Positions 10,744 through 19,666 of a DNA stretch of 64,000 nt are shown one piece after another. Position numbers and translations under genes: made by a program. This DNA is from a virus, in the IMG/VR virus record IMGVR_UViG_3300025133_000066, positions 1 through 64,000 of that record; one strand, 5' to 3'. Every line of letters begins with the position of its first letter. The stretch's first letter is position 1. The notes beneath the pieces were generated by a model that searched no databases, was not told where the DNA came from, and saw nothing but the letters and a program-made list of their open reading frames with translations.

Positions 10744-12009
10744 TTATCCTTGGAAAATCAACATTGGCACCTTTGTTTGTACCGTATTGACCGCCTCTGT
10801 TATTTCTGCGTCTCTCTTTGCTAGTTCTGCATAAGTTAATTCATCCAGAATTGTCTTTAATTCTTCTCGTAATTTTTCTTGTTCATTCTGGGCTTGACTT
10901 AAGAGATCGGATGCATTTAAGGTAATATCCGATCCTGGAATTGGAATGGGATTGAATTTTCCTCGAATTTGACCAAGAGTTTCTTTCGATAGGGCCAAAG
11001 CAAATCTTCGGATCCATTGTTTTCCTATCGCATTAATATTTTCATAGGGAAGATTATCGAAAGGAATAGTATTAATATTATTAACCCCACCTATTCCAGT
11101 ATCCACATCGGAAGCCTCATCCCAGCTATCAGGTATAACTGAAAATTCAACCCACATAAACCTATATATGCCTACCAGTTGTGGCTGAGGAAATATTCTT
11201 AATTTATTGTCCTTTAATTCATATGAATAGTGAGATAGGCGTGTGAACAAGTGGTCTTCGTAGGCCTTCGCCTGTAACTTATTCTGCCATACAGGGATTA
11301 CCTCGAAAGAGGAATCATCAGTATATTGTCCATAATATAGAAGGTTTCCGACAACATTCAATCCTCCGTAATATCCGAAGAACCTCCACATTGCAGCAGG
11401 TGTCTTAAAGAAGACTTTTTTGACTATAACCCTCTTATTTCCAACAATGCCTGCGAATGGGGCAGCTTCGCCGTTGGGCTGCAAGCCGCTAGCCGACGAT
11501 CCTGATATAATTGCTTGTAAATCATAATCTTGCTCTCCCTCTGTAATTTCGAAAGATGCCGAATAAATTGGAATTGTTCCTCCAACATCAGCATTGAAAG
11601 AAAAATTATCAGCCACCCTTCTTTCATATTCGAAAGTAACACGGGGGAATTTTAAATTAACATTAGTCGGTCCAGTTACAATATTTCCATCTTGATCAAA
11701 TGTTCCCGTTGTTTGTCCGAGAACATTGGAGAGAATATTCTTCGATTGATGCAAATTGACCAAATAACTATATTCTAAAACAGCCTCTTCATAGTTCGCA
11801 TATACATTTGATGCCAGCATTTCAATGTCTAAGACATCTCCACCCAATTTCTTATATGTATAAGCAACTTGATCAGCGGCACCAGAAAGAAAAGCATTAG
11901 ATGTATATATACCAAGCGGAAGTGTTGCAGCGACATCGGCGGCCGCCCCGGTTATGGGCAATATCGCCTTGCTCATTTGGCTGGCTGGTGTTAGTGTTGG
12001 CAATGCCAT
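10744..12009 (-). CDS. Neck protein/head-tail adaptor (gp13-like)
   Basis: KLGGDVLDIE; WIRRFALALSKETLGQIRGKF..IPG..ITLN; directly after the capsid gene. Confidence 0.8.
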   Translation of the reverse strand: MALPTLTPASQMSKAILPITGAAADVAATLPLGIYTSNAFLSGAADQVAYTYKKLGGDVLDIEMLASNVYANYEEAVLEYSYLVNLHQSKNILSNVLGQTTGTFDQDGNIVTGPTNVNLKFPRVTFEYERRVADNFSFNADVGGTIPIYSASFEITEGEQDYDLQAIISGSSASGLQPNGEAAPFAGIVGNKRVIVKKVFFKTPAAMWRFFGYYGGLNVVGNLLYYGQYTDDSSFEVIPVWQNKLQAKAYEDHLFTRLSHYSYELKDNKLRIFPQPQLVGIYRFMWVEFSVIPDSWDEASDVDTGIGGVNNINTIPFDNLPYENINAIGKQWIRRFALALSKETLGQIRGKFNPIPIPGSDITLNASDLLSQAQNEQEKLREELKTILDELTYAELAKRDAEITEAVNTVQTKVPMLIFQG

Positions 12010-12039
12010 TTATGATCCCTCCGCATTAATTAGTTTCCA

Positions 12040-12082
12040 AATAAACAAACCCCCCTCCGAAAACGGAGGGGGGGCATTTTTT
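12040..12082. terminator. Rho-independent terminator after the major capsid gene, possibly bidirectional
   Basis: Perfect 10-bp stem CCCCCCTCCG-AAAA-CGGAGGGGGG (12050-12073); followed by GTTTGTTTATTT on the minus strand and GCATTTTTT on the plus strand. Confidence 0.85.
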
Positions 12083-12105
12083 GTGTTAATGTGTCCTAGA
12101 TTATA

Positions 12106-13821
12106 CTATGACAAATCTTGAACGACGACCAAGCCGTACATATCCGGGCGGACCATCTTCTTGGCATATCGAGTCATGACGCCTTTGCGCGGCACGAAGT
12201 CCTCGGTACCGAAGATTGTTGGAGTCATCTGGAGAGGTACATACGGTGCGTACACATATCCGCTTTCGAGGAAAGAAGAACCTTTACGTCCTGCGAGAAC
12301 AACGTTCCGTGGGAAGTAAGGATCGACGTAAACGTCAAACTTCTTGCTCAAAGAGCCGACTTTAACAGCACCAACTTGACCACGATCATCATCGTGAGTC
12401 ACGGCACCACGGAATCCAGCGGTAAACTCAAGGAGGTTAGCAACTTCAGGTGAACACACGATGAAGTTAGCGCCGCCTCGAAGGGTCTTACGGTGAATTT
12501 GGGCCGAGACATCATTAATGGTCTCAATCAAGGTTTCATACCACTCGGATACATTACCCGTGAAGTCAGGAAACCCACTAGTTGGAATTAGTGGTGCACC
12601 AGTTGTCCGATTTACAAACTTACCAGGAAGTCGTGACCAGAACAAGGTTTCAGCAGTAGCACCCTTCACGAGATCTTCCAAGATTTCTTGGTCGATTTCA
12701 AGAGCGATGTGCTCGGACAGAATTGAGGTCAATTCGACTTCGGCATCCAAGTTATGGTATGCGTTCAAGTCTTGAGCCAATTCTGGTGTCCATTTCGCTT
12801 TGAGTTTCTTGGTCTTCGCAGTGACAGCCACAGAATCAACCTTGATGTCAATTTCTGGAATTGCCGCATTGTTTTCCAATCCCCATGTATCTAGACCAGA
12901 TACAGAACCAACCGCGCCAATGGCGGCGAAGTTGTCATCAATAACAAATGATGCTGAATTCTGTAAAACAAGGTCGGCTGCGCAGGCGTTGGCAGATGCG
13001 AGCCCTGCGTTAACCAGTAAGACAGAACCAGCAGTATCGGGGTCATCACGAGTCAGGCGTCTGACTTGATTAACATCGACAACACCGGCTGCATCGTTAA
13101 GAGTCACAGTGACGAGATCTTTAACGTTAAACTGACCGGCGGTGAGGGTTGCCAGAGGCAAAGTTGAAACACAAGCAAAAGAGCCTGATTCCAAGTCTGG
13201 ATCAAAGCGGACTAGGCGATCACCGTGCAATGCGAGAGCGATGCCGGCGGCTGTGTTGCCCGACCAGTCGCCTGGAACTCCAGAGCCGACTGTACCTGAT
13301 GCAAAATCGGCCAATGTGAAGTTGGCGGATCCTGTTGGACTTGAATACCCATTGTTCAAAGAATAATAGCTTTGTTCAGCGAGATCGCCAGCAAGTGAAA
13401 CACCGCCAGTGATTTGTGAAGCGACGACACCACCACCGTATATCGAAGTATTGGCAAGAGTATCAAGGCGTGCACGATCGTAGGTGAAATCCAGGAAGAA
13501 AATGAGTCCAGAAGGAAGGCTCATTGGTTGAACACTAACAAGATCGTTAGCGATTAGGCCGCCGAATACTCGACGGACAATAGGAAAGGCGACGGAAGCA
13601 AAACCTTCAACATCTCCAGAGGGTGAACCAGCCATAGTAGAAGCCTCACGAAGTAGTTCCTTCGCTTGGTTTTCTAGCAATGCTGCCATCCCATATTTAG
13701 CACGTTCGTTCCCGAGTCCCTCTAAAAGTCCAGTCTTTTCCCACTTGGAGAGAAGAGCAGATCCTTCTTTAGATAGATCGCGACGAACAATACCTTCAGT
13801 TAATTTTTTAAGTATAGACAT
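12106..13821 (-). CDS. gp23: Major capsid protein
   Basis: VSVQPMSLPSGLIFFLD, KLKAKWTPELAQDLNAYH, DAEVELTSILSE, GYVYAPYVPL, PRKGVMTRY. Confidence 0.97.
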   Translation of the reverse strand: MSILKKLTEGIVRRDLSKEGSALLSKWEKTGLLEGLGNERAKYGMAALLENQAKELLREASTMAGSPSGDVEGFASVAFPIVRRVFGGLIANDLVSVQPMSLPSGLIFFLDFTYDRARLDTLANTSIYGGGVVASQITGGVSLAGDLAEQSYYSLNNGYSSPTGSANFTLADFASGTVGSGVPGDWSGNTAAGIALALHGDRLVRFDPDLESGSFACVSTLPLATLTAGQFNVKDLVTVTLNDAAGVVDVNQVRRLTRDDPDTAGSVLLVNAGLASANACAADLVLQNSASFVIDDNFAAIGAVGSVSGLDTWGLENNAAIPEIDIKVDSVAVTAKTKKLKAKWTPELAQDLNAYHNLDAEVELTSILSEHIALEIDQEILEDLVKGATAETLFWSRLPGKFVNRTTGAPLIPTSGFPDFTGNVSEWYETLIETINDVSAQIHRKTLRGGANFIVCSPEVANLLEFTAGFRGAVTHDDDRGQVGAVKVGSLSKKFDVYVDPYFPRNVVLAGRKGSSFLESGYVYAPYVPLQMTPTIFGTEDFVPRKGVMTRYAKKMVRPDMYGLVVVQDLS

Positions 13822-13838
13822 GATTTTAAAAATCTCCT

Positions 13839-14837
13839 TTATTTGTTTGTCTTTATTCCAGCCAGTATTTGCATCCTGTCCGCTTCCGGAGATTCAACAG
13901 TTCTGGCTGCTCTTCTAGGTAAAGTGGCAGAGGGTCTTTCGATGGTCTCGCGTAGTGATTGTGGACGTGCTTTACCTGATACACTTCCCACCGCGCTTTT
14001 TAGAGTTTCGAATATTACCTTTGCTTCTTCAATAGAATCTGATTTTGACAGAGCCTCGACAATTTTCTTTTTTTGCCGCTCATTCAAGGAGTTGTCTGTT
14101 AATACCTGATTCGTGTAAACTAATCTCGCATTTGAGAGATTAACTTTATTAAAACTTTCTTTTAAGATCTGGAGTGCTTTTATCATTTTTGTATTTTTTG
14201 ATTTGAGGTCTCTATTTGCCTCTCTAAGTCTTTCTCCAGCCTGTGTCAATGCTTTTGCCTGTGCTAGTGCCTCTGTTCCAGAGCGATGGGCCAAGGCCAA
14301 TTCTTCTTTGTAATCCATAATAGTTCCGGGGGTGCCAGCCCATCCGCTTTTTTCAGGAACGATATCGACGATGAGTTCTTCCAAGATCTCATCAAGATCT
14401 TCTAAATTTATTTCCTCTTCCAAGGTTACATCAACAGGGACAGATGAAGTCTCCGCTTCTTGGGACGAGGGTGGCTCGGCGCCCGGCACATCATCAACAA
14501 GATTTTCGTGTGGTGATGGTTCACCAATCAAATCTCCTTCTGCATCAGCAAGAGCTTCGGCCATATCTTTAAGCTCTTCCATACTTAATACAATTTCTTG
14601 CTCATCGATTGATTCTGGTGGTGCACCAGCAAGAGGAATACTATCTTCCAAGGAAGTAGATAATCCCATTCCATCCTCAACACCAAGGGCAAGCTCATCG
14701 TCTTGCTCTAACAAGTTTTCCACCGCCTCTTTAATGTCGGTTGAATATTTATTCAAAATTGCAGATTCAGCATTTTTAATGGCTGCCTCTTTTAAAGCTG
14801 CTGCATCAATTATCGCTTGTTCTAGTAATGAAGACAT
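13839..14837 (-). CDS. Prohead core/scaffolding protein (gp22-like)
   Basis: Acidic coiled coil with many (L/I)xE sites; C-terminal RMQILAGI; directly upstream of the capsid gene. Confidence 0.75.
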   Translation of the reverse strand: MSSLLEQAIIDAAALKEAAIKNAESAILNKYSTDIKEAVENLLEQDDELALGVEDGMGLSTSLEDSIPLAGAPPESIDEQEIVLSMEELKDMAEALADAEGDLIGEPSPHENLVDDVPGAEPPSSQEAETSSVPVDVTLEEEINLEDLDEILEELIVDIVPEKSGWAGTPGTIMDYKEELALAHRSGTEALAQAKALTQAGERLREANRDLKSKNTKMIKALQILKESFNKVNLSNARLVYTNQVLTDNSLNERQKKKIVEALSKSDSIEEAKVIFETLKSAVGSVSGKARPQSLRETIERPSATLPRRAARTVESPEADRMQILAGIKTNK

Positions 14838-14914
14838 AGATATATTCCCTTATAGATTTACTCACAAATAAATAGTCTTTCGAAATACAAAATGACCGTT
14901 TTTATTATAAGGAA

Positions 14915-15322
14915 TTAATCTGTAAGTCCGGACCCAGTTAAGGCGAACATCTCATTGTCTTTAATTCCAGTTAAGTCAGCAACCAATTCGAAGGATCCCG
15001 TTGAGGTGGTTGTTTCCAGTGAAATATAAATTTCTTTACACTTTTGATTAAAAGTTATACTGTCTTTTTTATCTTCCAACGTAAAATAGTGATGCCCCCC
15101 AATAACATTTCCATCTACAGCAGAATTAAAATGAACTCGGATTGGAACACTGGCACTCGTGTTTGTTACTAAAATATTTTTTGTTACATTCGGAAAAGAA
15201 ATTTTAACTTCACCCAAATTTGGGTTTGCAGGATCGACTAAAGTTCCAGTTAAATATGGTGTCCCGCCGACTTGATAGGATCCGACATTTTGTAATCCTG
15301 CTCTGTACTCATAAATTGGCAT
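14915..15322 (-). CDS. Hypothetical beta-rich virion protein (possible capsid decoration)
   Basis: AGGAG SD, upstream motif, head-module location. Confidence 0.5.
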   Translation of the reverse strand: MPIYEYRAGLQNVGSYQVGGTPYLTGTLVDPANPNLGEVKISFPNVTKNILVTNTSASVPIRVHFNSAVDGNVIGGHHYFTLEDKKDSITFNQKCKEIYISLETTTSTGSFELVADLTGIKDNEMFALTGSGLTD

Positions 15323-15372
15323 TTATTAAACTCCTAACATTCTATAATTAGTTTTGAAAACTTAATTATCTT

Positions 15373-15594
15373 TTATTTTATTTTATTTTCCTCAGCAAGT
15401 TTTTTAAGAACTTGCTTTCTTCTTTTCTTTTTTTCCCTTCTTTTCTCAGAAGGCTTTTCATATCGCAAAGTTTCACGATAAGTTTCTAAGATTTTTTCTT
15501 TTTTGACCTTCTTTATAAATCTTTTTATCATTCTCTGCGGAGTGTCATTCCGGCCTCTGGGCTTGACTGATATATTCACTGGTTTTTTTGACAT
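15373..15594 (-). CDS. rpsU: Ribosomal protein bS21 (phage-encoded)
   Basis: 73 aa, very basic; MIKRFIKKVKKEKIL..RYEKPSEKRREKKKR matches the S21 signature. Confidence 0.88.
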   Translation of the reverse strand: MSKKPVNISVKPRGRNDTPQRMIKRFIKKVKKEKILETYRETLRYEKPSEKRREKKKRRKQVLKKLAEENKIK

Positions 15595-15608
15595 TTTATC
15601 TCCATAAT

Positions 15609-16259
15609 TTATCCAACTTTTTTAATTATCGGAATAACAACCTTGTTGTTTCCTTTAAAATAATTACAATTTTTTGGGATTTCTATATCTATTATCTTTT
15701 CTTTATATAAAATTCTCGGGTTCTCTATAATTAGGTCCTTCCAGCGCGAATGATTGAATTTGCTTTCAGAAGAATTTAAATAACACGATAAGATCGATTC
15801 AGGCTTCATATGCCAATCTAAACAAATATCAATAAACAGATAGAGCCTTTCCTGATCTACTCTGAATTGTAATAAATTTTCTTTTGTAACCTCTTCAAAT
15901 GTTTCGAGAGGATAGTCATCAAAAAATATAAAATCAAACTCTCCCACAGAAGATAAAGCTTTTTGCCAAGTATTATGAATAATGTTAATATTCTTATATT
16001 TTTCTGACCAGTTTTTGCACCTCTGGATTACTGTAGTGTCACATTCAATTATTGTATGACTTTTGGGATTATAGTGCTGAATTTGTGTTGCCGAATACCC
16101 ACACCCAAATCCGATTTCAAGAACATCACCAGTAGGCTTTATTTCATCAATAATCGCCTCCATATAGGGCTTTTCCCATTCCATCATCACTTGGTATTTT
16201 GAACCTTTAAGTAAAAGCTCTTTTTGATTTTCATCTAAAATAAATTCTTGTTCTAACAT
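15609..16259 (-). CDS. Class I SAM-dependent methyltransferase, GAMT/Rmt2-like
   Basis: VMMEWEKPYM, VLEIGFGCG, HTIIEC, FDFIFFDDYPL are collinear with GAMT/Rmt2 motifs. Confidence 0.85.
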   Translation of the reverse strand: MLEQEFILDENQKELLLKGSKYQVMMEWEKPYMEAIIDEIKPTGDVLEIGFGCGYSATQIQHYNPKSHTIIECDTTVIQRCKNWSEKYKNINIIHNTWQKALSSVGEFDFIFFDDYPLETFEEVTKENLLQFRVDQERLYLFIDICLDWHMKPESILSCYLNSSESKFNHSRWKDLIIENPRILYKEKIIDIEIPKNCNYFKGNNKVVIPIIKKVG

Positions 16260-16268
16260 TCGCGCCCC

Positions 16269-16781
16269 TTATGTCTTCTTTCTTATAAAGATTTTACCAC
16301 CAAACACCTCATCGCTGGAATTCGTCGGCTGGAAACTTATAATAACATAATTTGATCCGTCTCCGGGAACTACACTAGTAAAAGTATGTATTACATTTTG
16401 AGCGCCGAAGAAAAGCTGAAGATCCGTCACGGCCGTGCTATCAAGTGCGGAACTAAAAGCCCTGAGGCTATAAAGAGGGGTTACGGTCCCACGGATGATG
16501 AAGGCGTATGCCTCATAGGCTCTGGGAATAATCTTCATAGCATACGAAGCACCAGCGGAAGTGCCAGCAGGAATTCGGATAGCACCCGCGCCGACTGTAG
16601 CTGTATATTGACCTTCGATAGCTGTTGATTGAGGGCGACTAGTTGATGCATACTCGCGAACATTAAAATCAGTCCCCAATAACGGGATATACTCACTATT
16701 TCCCAAGTAACCAGCAGACCAGCCATCATCGACTGTGATGGGATCAGAAATATAATTTGGGCTTGGTCTAAATCTTGACAT
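16269..16781 (-). CDS. Tandem paralog C (170 aa, beta-rich; probable virion protein)
   Basis: Shares MSRFR, GYLGN.EYIP, DFNVREY, AMKIIP, GGKIFIRK with two neighbours. Confidence 0.75.
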   Translation of the reverse strand: MSRFRPSPNYISDPITVDDGWSAGYLGNSEYIPLLGTDFNVREYASTSRPQSTAIEGQYTATVGAGAIRIPAGTSAGASYAMKIIPRAYEAYAFIIRGTVTPLYSLRAFSSALDSTAVTDLQLFFGAQNVIHTFTSVVPGDGSNYVIISFQPTNSSDEVFGGKIFIRKKT

Positions 16782-16794
16782 TAATTAATCCCCC

Positions 16795-17301
16795 TCATGT
16801 TTTCTTTCTTATAAAAATTTTACCACCATACACCTCAGACTTGATATTTGCTGGCTCGAAATATATAGCAACATAATTGGAACCATCTCCGGGAACTACA
16901 CTAGTAAAAGTATGTGTTGTATTTTGCGCGCCGGGGGCAGCTTGAAGATTCGTCACGGTGTTGCTATCGAGTGTAGAACTAAAAGCTCTGACATTGTAAG
17001 TAGGAAATATAGTACCATGCACAATAAAAGCAAAGGCTTCGTAAGCCTTAGGAATAATCTTCATAGCATATGAGGGCCCCATGGCGGCGCCAGCAGGAAT
17101 TCGGATAGCACCTCCTGTCCCATTTGTATATTGACCTTCGATAGCTGTTGATTGAGGGCGACCAGTTGTTGCATACTCGCGAACATTAAAATCAGAACCA
17201 AACACTGGAATATATTCATCATTTCCCAAGTAGCCGGCAGACCAAGAGCCATCGACCGTGAGGCCACCAAAAATCTTATTATTAGCTCTGAATCTTGACA
17301 T
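16795..17301 (-). CDS. Tandem paralog B (168 aa)
   Basis: Same shared motifs; long identical DNA tracts with paralog C. Confidence 0.75.
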   Translation of the reverse strand: MSRFRANNKIFGGLTVDGSWSAGYLGNDEYIPVFGSDFNVREYATTGRPQSTAIEGQYTNGTGGAIRIPAGAAMGPSYAMKIIPKAYEAFAFIVHGTIFPTYNVRAFSSTLDSNTVTNLQAAPGAQNTTHTFTSVVPGDGSNYVAIYFEPANIKSEVYGGKIFIRKKT

Positions 17302-17365
17302 TAATTAATCCCCCCCTATATTTATATAGTTCTCATTTTTGAAGAAGAGAACCAAAAAACACCTC

Positions 17366-17869
17366 TCAAGGTATTTTTCTTATGAAAATTTTACCACCAA
17401 ACATCTCATCGGTGGCGTTTACCGGATCGAATTCTATAATAACATAAGTTTGTCCGTCTCCGGAGCCAGCAGTAGTAAAAGTGTGTATTATATTTTGATT
17501 ACCCGAAGCAACAGACGGATTGGCACCGGTAGTGAGGCGCGATCCATATGCCGCAACATCAAAAAGAGGAGCAATTTGCCCGTGAATAATGAAAGCGAAT
17601 GCTTCATATCCAGGGGGAATGATTTTCATAGCAAATGATCCACCATCAGTGCACGGAAGAACAACAGAGCCCCCCGGTGGGGTCGTTGTAGTCTGTAAGC
17701 CTTCTATAACATTATTCTGTGTAGTAGTAGTGCGACTATACTCCCGCACATTAAAATCTGTTGGGAGCAATGGAATATATTCGTCATTCCCCAAGTAACC
17801 ATCATTCCACTCACCATTAACTGTGATACCACCATAAATATAATTTGGGCTTGGTCTAAATCTGGACAC
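17366..17869 (-). CDS. Tandem paralog A (167 aa)
   Basis: Same shared motifs; N-terminus MSRFRPSPNYI identical to paralog C. Confidence 0.75.
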   Translation of the reverse strand: MSRFRPSPNYIYGGITVNGEWNDGYLGNDEYIPLLPTDFNVREYSRTTTTQNNVIEGLQTTTTPPGGSVVLPCTDGGSFAMKIIPPGYEAFAFIIHGQIAPLFDVAAYGSRLTTGANPSVASGNQNIIHTFTTAGSGDGQTYVIIEFDPVNATDEMFGGKIFIRKIP

Positions 17870-17882
17870 TTATAACCTCCGC

Positions 17883-17892
17883 TATAAATAGT
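17883..17892 (-). promoter_or_regulatory. Candidate late-promoter motif ACTATTTATA (representative copy)
   Basis: Same ACTAWTTA motif or a one-base variant just upstream of starts at about 4704, 6399, 9320, 12027, 14868, 15344, 17323, 28199, 33776, 34448, 36123 and 38162. Confidence 0.65.
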
Positions 17893-17904
17893 CAGAAAGA
17901 CAAT

Positions 17905-18327
17905 CTAAATCATGTTTTTCCAGTTCTTTCCGCCACCAATTGCCATGATTCCACTTATATCGACACCCGGATCGTTTGCTGCATAAGTTGCTAAAGGGCC
18001 CTGGGCCGGAGATCCGCCAGGAGACCCCCCTTTGTGGAGGGGTTCAACATCTTCAAAAATTCCTTTAAATCCGCTGCCGAGGGATTCTTCAAGCTTTCTC
18101 TTTTTTTCCGTCATTGCAGCATGTGCTTCTTCTTGGAGTTCCACACGCTGTCTTGAGAAGTCGTGTTCTGGCTCTGATGCCTTGGATTCAACGATTGTTT
18201 GCTGAGAGCCAATACCCAGTGCGACTTCTTTAATTAAATTTGACAAAATACCCTCTTCAAAGATTACTTCCTTGATGCATTCTTTGATAAGAGGTTTTAA
18301 TATTTTCTTAAATTCATTCTTTTTCAT
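17905..18327 (-). CDS. Hypothetical head-module protein; likely start MKKNEF at 18327
   Basis: ATGA overlap with the upstream stop; N-terminal LKPLIKECIKE resembles the leader family. Confidence 0.65.
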   Translation of the reverse strand: MKKNEFKKILKPLIKECIKEVIFEEGILSNLIKEVALGIGSQQTIVESKASEPEHDFSRQRVELQEEAHAAMTEKKRKLEESLGSGFKGIFEDVEPLHKGGSPGGSPAQGPLATYAANDPGVDISGIMAIGGGKNWKNMI

Positions 18328-18683
18328 TTTCTTCTCTTTTTTTCTATAAAATGGCGCCAATTTTCTGTTAGGGATTTTGTTTGTTTATGATCTGACCAGC
18401 CTTCATTGGCGGCGGCGGCCTTAGGAACGGCCGGGGGGGACGGGGATCTTTTGATATTCATTGGTGTTGGTGCCATCCTACCATATGTATTTTGCCCTAT
18501 TTGGAGACTAAGGGCATCTGTTCCGGCCACCAAAGCAGTAAGCTGATCGATGCTTATATCCATACCTTCTAGGGTATCTAATATTTTTTGTAAGATCTCA
18601 ACTTGTTTCGCACCTAATTTTTCCGCGCCCCTAGAGTCCAGAAACTCTTTTAAAAGAACCAAAGAAGATAGTTTAATTTCCAT
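18324..18683 (-). CDS. Hypothetical protein (119 aa)
   Basis: Tightly packed ORF after the protease; C-terminal LTENWRHF. Confidence 0.65.
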   Translation of the reverse strand: MEIKLSSLVLLKEFLDSRGAEKLGAKQVEILQKILDTLEGMDISIDQLTALVAGTDALSLQIGQNTYGRMAPTPMNIKRSPSPPAVPKAAAANEGWSDHKQTKSLTENWRHFIEKKRRK

Positions 18684-18686
18684 TTT

Positions 18687-19298
18687 TTAATTTCCCAGTA
18701 TATTGTTTAAAGCTCTATTAATTCTATCTGCTTTTGTAAAAATATTTGGCTCTTTATATTGCTTGCCTTCCTGCAAATTCATGAAGGCGTTTGGTGTACT
18801 TGGCTCCGAAACAAAATCAAAACAAATAAGTTGAAAATCATCCTCGACCATTGTTCCTTGAGTGCTTTCACGAACAGAACCAAGGCCTCGTGACGAAATA
18901 CCAAGTTGGACTCCCGATTCAACGAGGGATCTTAGGATTCCGCCGGCTGGGGTGTTAAGAACCTTAACGGTTCCCATAACTTTTGGGCCGTCTGCCCAAA
19001 TATTGGTAACCATGTGGCTAGCATTTCTTAAATTAATGACAGAATCATCTGGATGATCAAGTTCGCCAAGGGCTCGCTTTTCTTTGACAAGCTTTTGGTA
19101 TGTCTTAACCTCCCTCATAAGGGTCTTTTGAGGATAAACCCTCCCATTGCCATTCTGGACATCGCAGTGCTGCATAAGGCCAGTTAAATACATGGCATTG
19201 TTTTCTCTTATATCTCTCTTCTCGGCCTCTGTCAGCAGATCTTGACAAACGCCCCCCTCACAAAGAGCATAATATTCTCTCAATAAAACTTTACTCAT
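18687..19298 (-). CDS. gp21: Prohead core protease
   Basis: NGNGRVYP, ALGELDHP, ASH, LNTPAG, LGISSRGLGS, DFVSEPS. Confidence 0.95.
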   Translation of the reverse strand: MSKVLLREYYALCEGGVCQDLLTEAEKRDIRENNAMYLTGLMQHCDVQNGNGRVYPQKTLMREVKTYQKLVKEKRALGELDHPDDSVINLRNASHMVTNIWADGPKVMGTVKVLNTPAGGILRSLVESGVQLGISSRGLGSVRESTQGTMVEDDFQLICFDFVSEPSTPNAFMNLQEGKQYKEPNIFTKADRINRALNNILGN

Positions 19299-19319
19299 TT
19301 TTTTCCCTCTTTAAAGTAG

Positions 19320-19373
19320 TCAACAACCGTTTTTACAACGACGGACTCCTCGAAGCATATATCTTATAAACAT
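19320..19373 (-). CDS. Unannotated 17-aa peptide MFIRYMLRGVRRCKNGC
   Basis: Strong SD GAGGAGGTGA a few nt before ATG 19373; fills the intergenic gap. Confidence 0.55.
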   Translation of the reverse strand: MFIRYMLRGVRRCKNGC

Positions 19374-19374
19374 G

Positions 19375-19662
19375 TTAATCACCTCCTCGTAGATTTATGC
19401 CGTTATCTCCAAATACCGTGCTTAAGATATAAGAAGTTCCAGAACTTAGGCAGCCACAAATAAAGAAATTCATAACATTAAGTTCGTATGTAAATAGTTC
19501 CGTAAAAGGGCTTATTCCACATAAAAAAATACCAACCCAAAAGCCAGTGCACATTGGACATCTCCAAAAGTAGCCACTTGGTCGGATTTTATTAAAAATT
19601 TTGGCATAACAGATTAATTGAGTTAATCCGTAGGCAGTTAGGATGAAATAGAGGAGGGACAA
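19375..19662 (-). CDS. Small membrane protein with CxxC (DUF1360-like)
   Basis: Hydrophobic helices and WRCPMCTGFWVG. Confidence 0.55.
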   Translation of the reverse strand: MSLLYFILTAYGLTQLICYAKIFNKIRPSGYFWRCPMCTGFWVGIFLCGISPFTELFTYELNVMNFFICGCLSSGTSYILSTVFGDNGINLRGGD

Positions 19663-19666
19663 CTGG

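Noticed and set aside
14332-14871. 179-aa Ser-rich plus-strand ORF and similar short antisense ORFs
   Set aside because: Mirror translation of Glu/Asp-rich sense codons
16269-17869. Diversity-generating retroelement TR/VR pair
   Set aside because: Differences between copies are not adenine-specific, all copies are intact genes, and no reverse transcriptase is in the window
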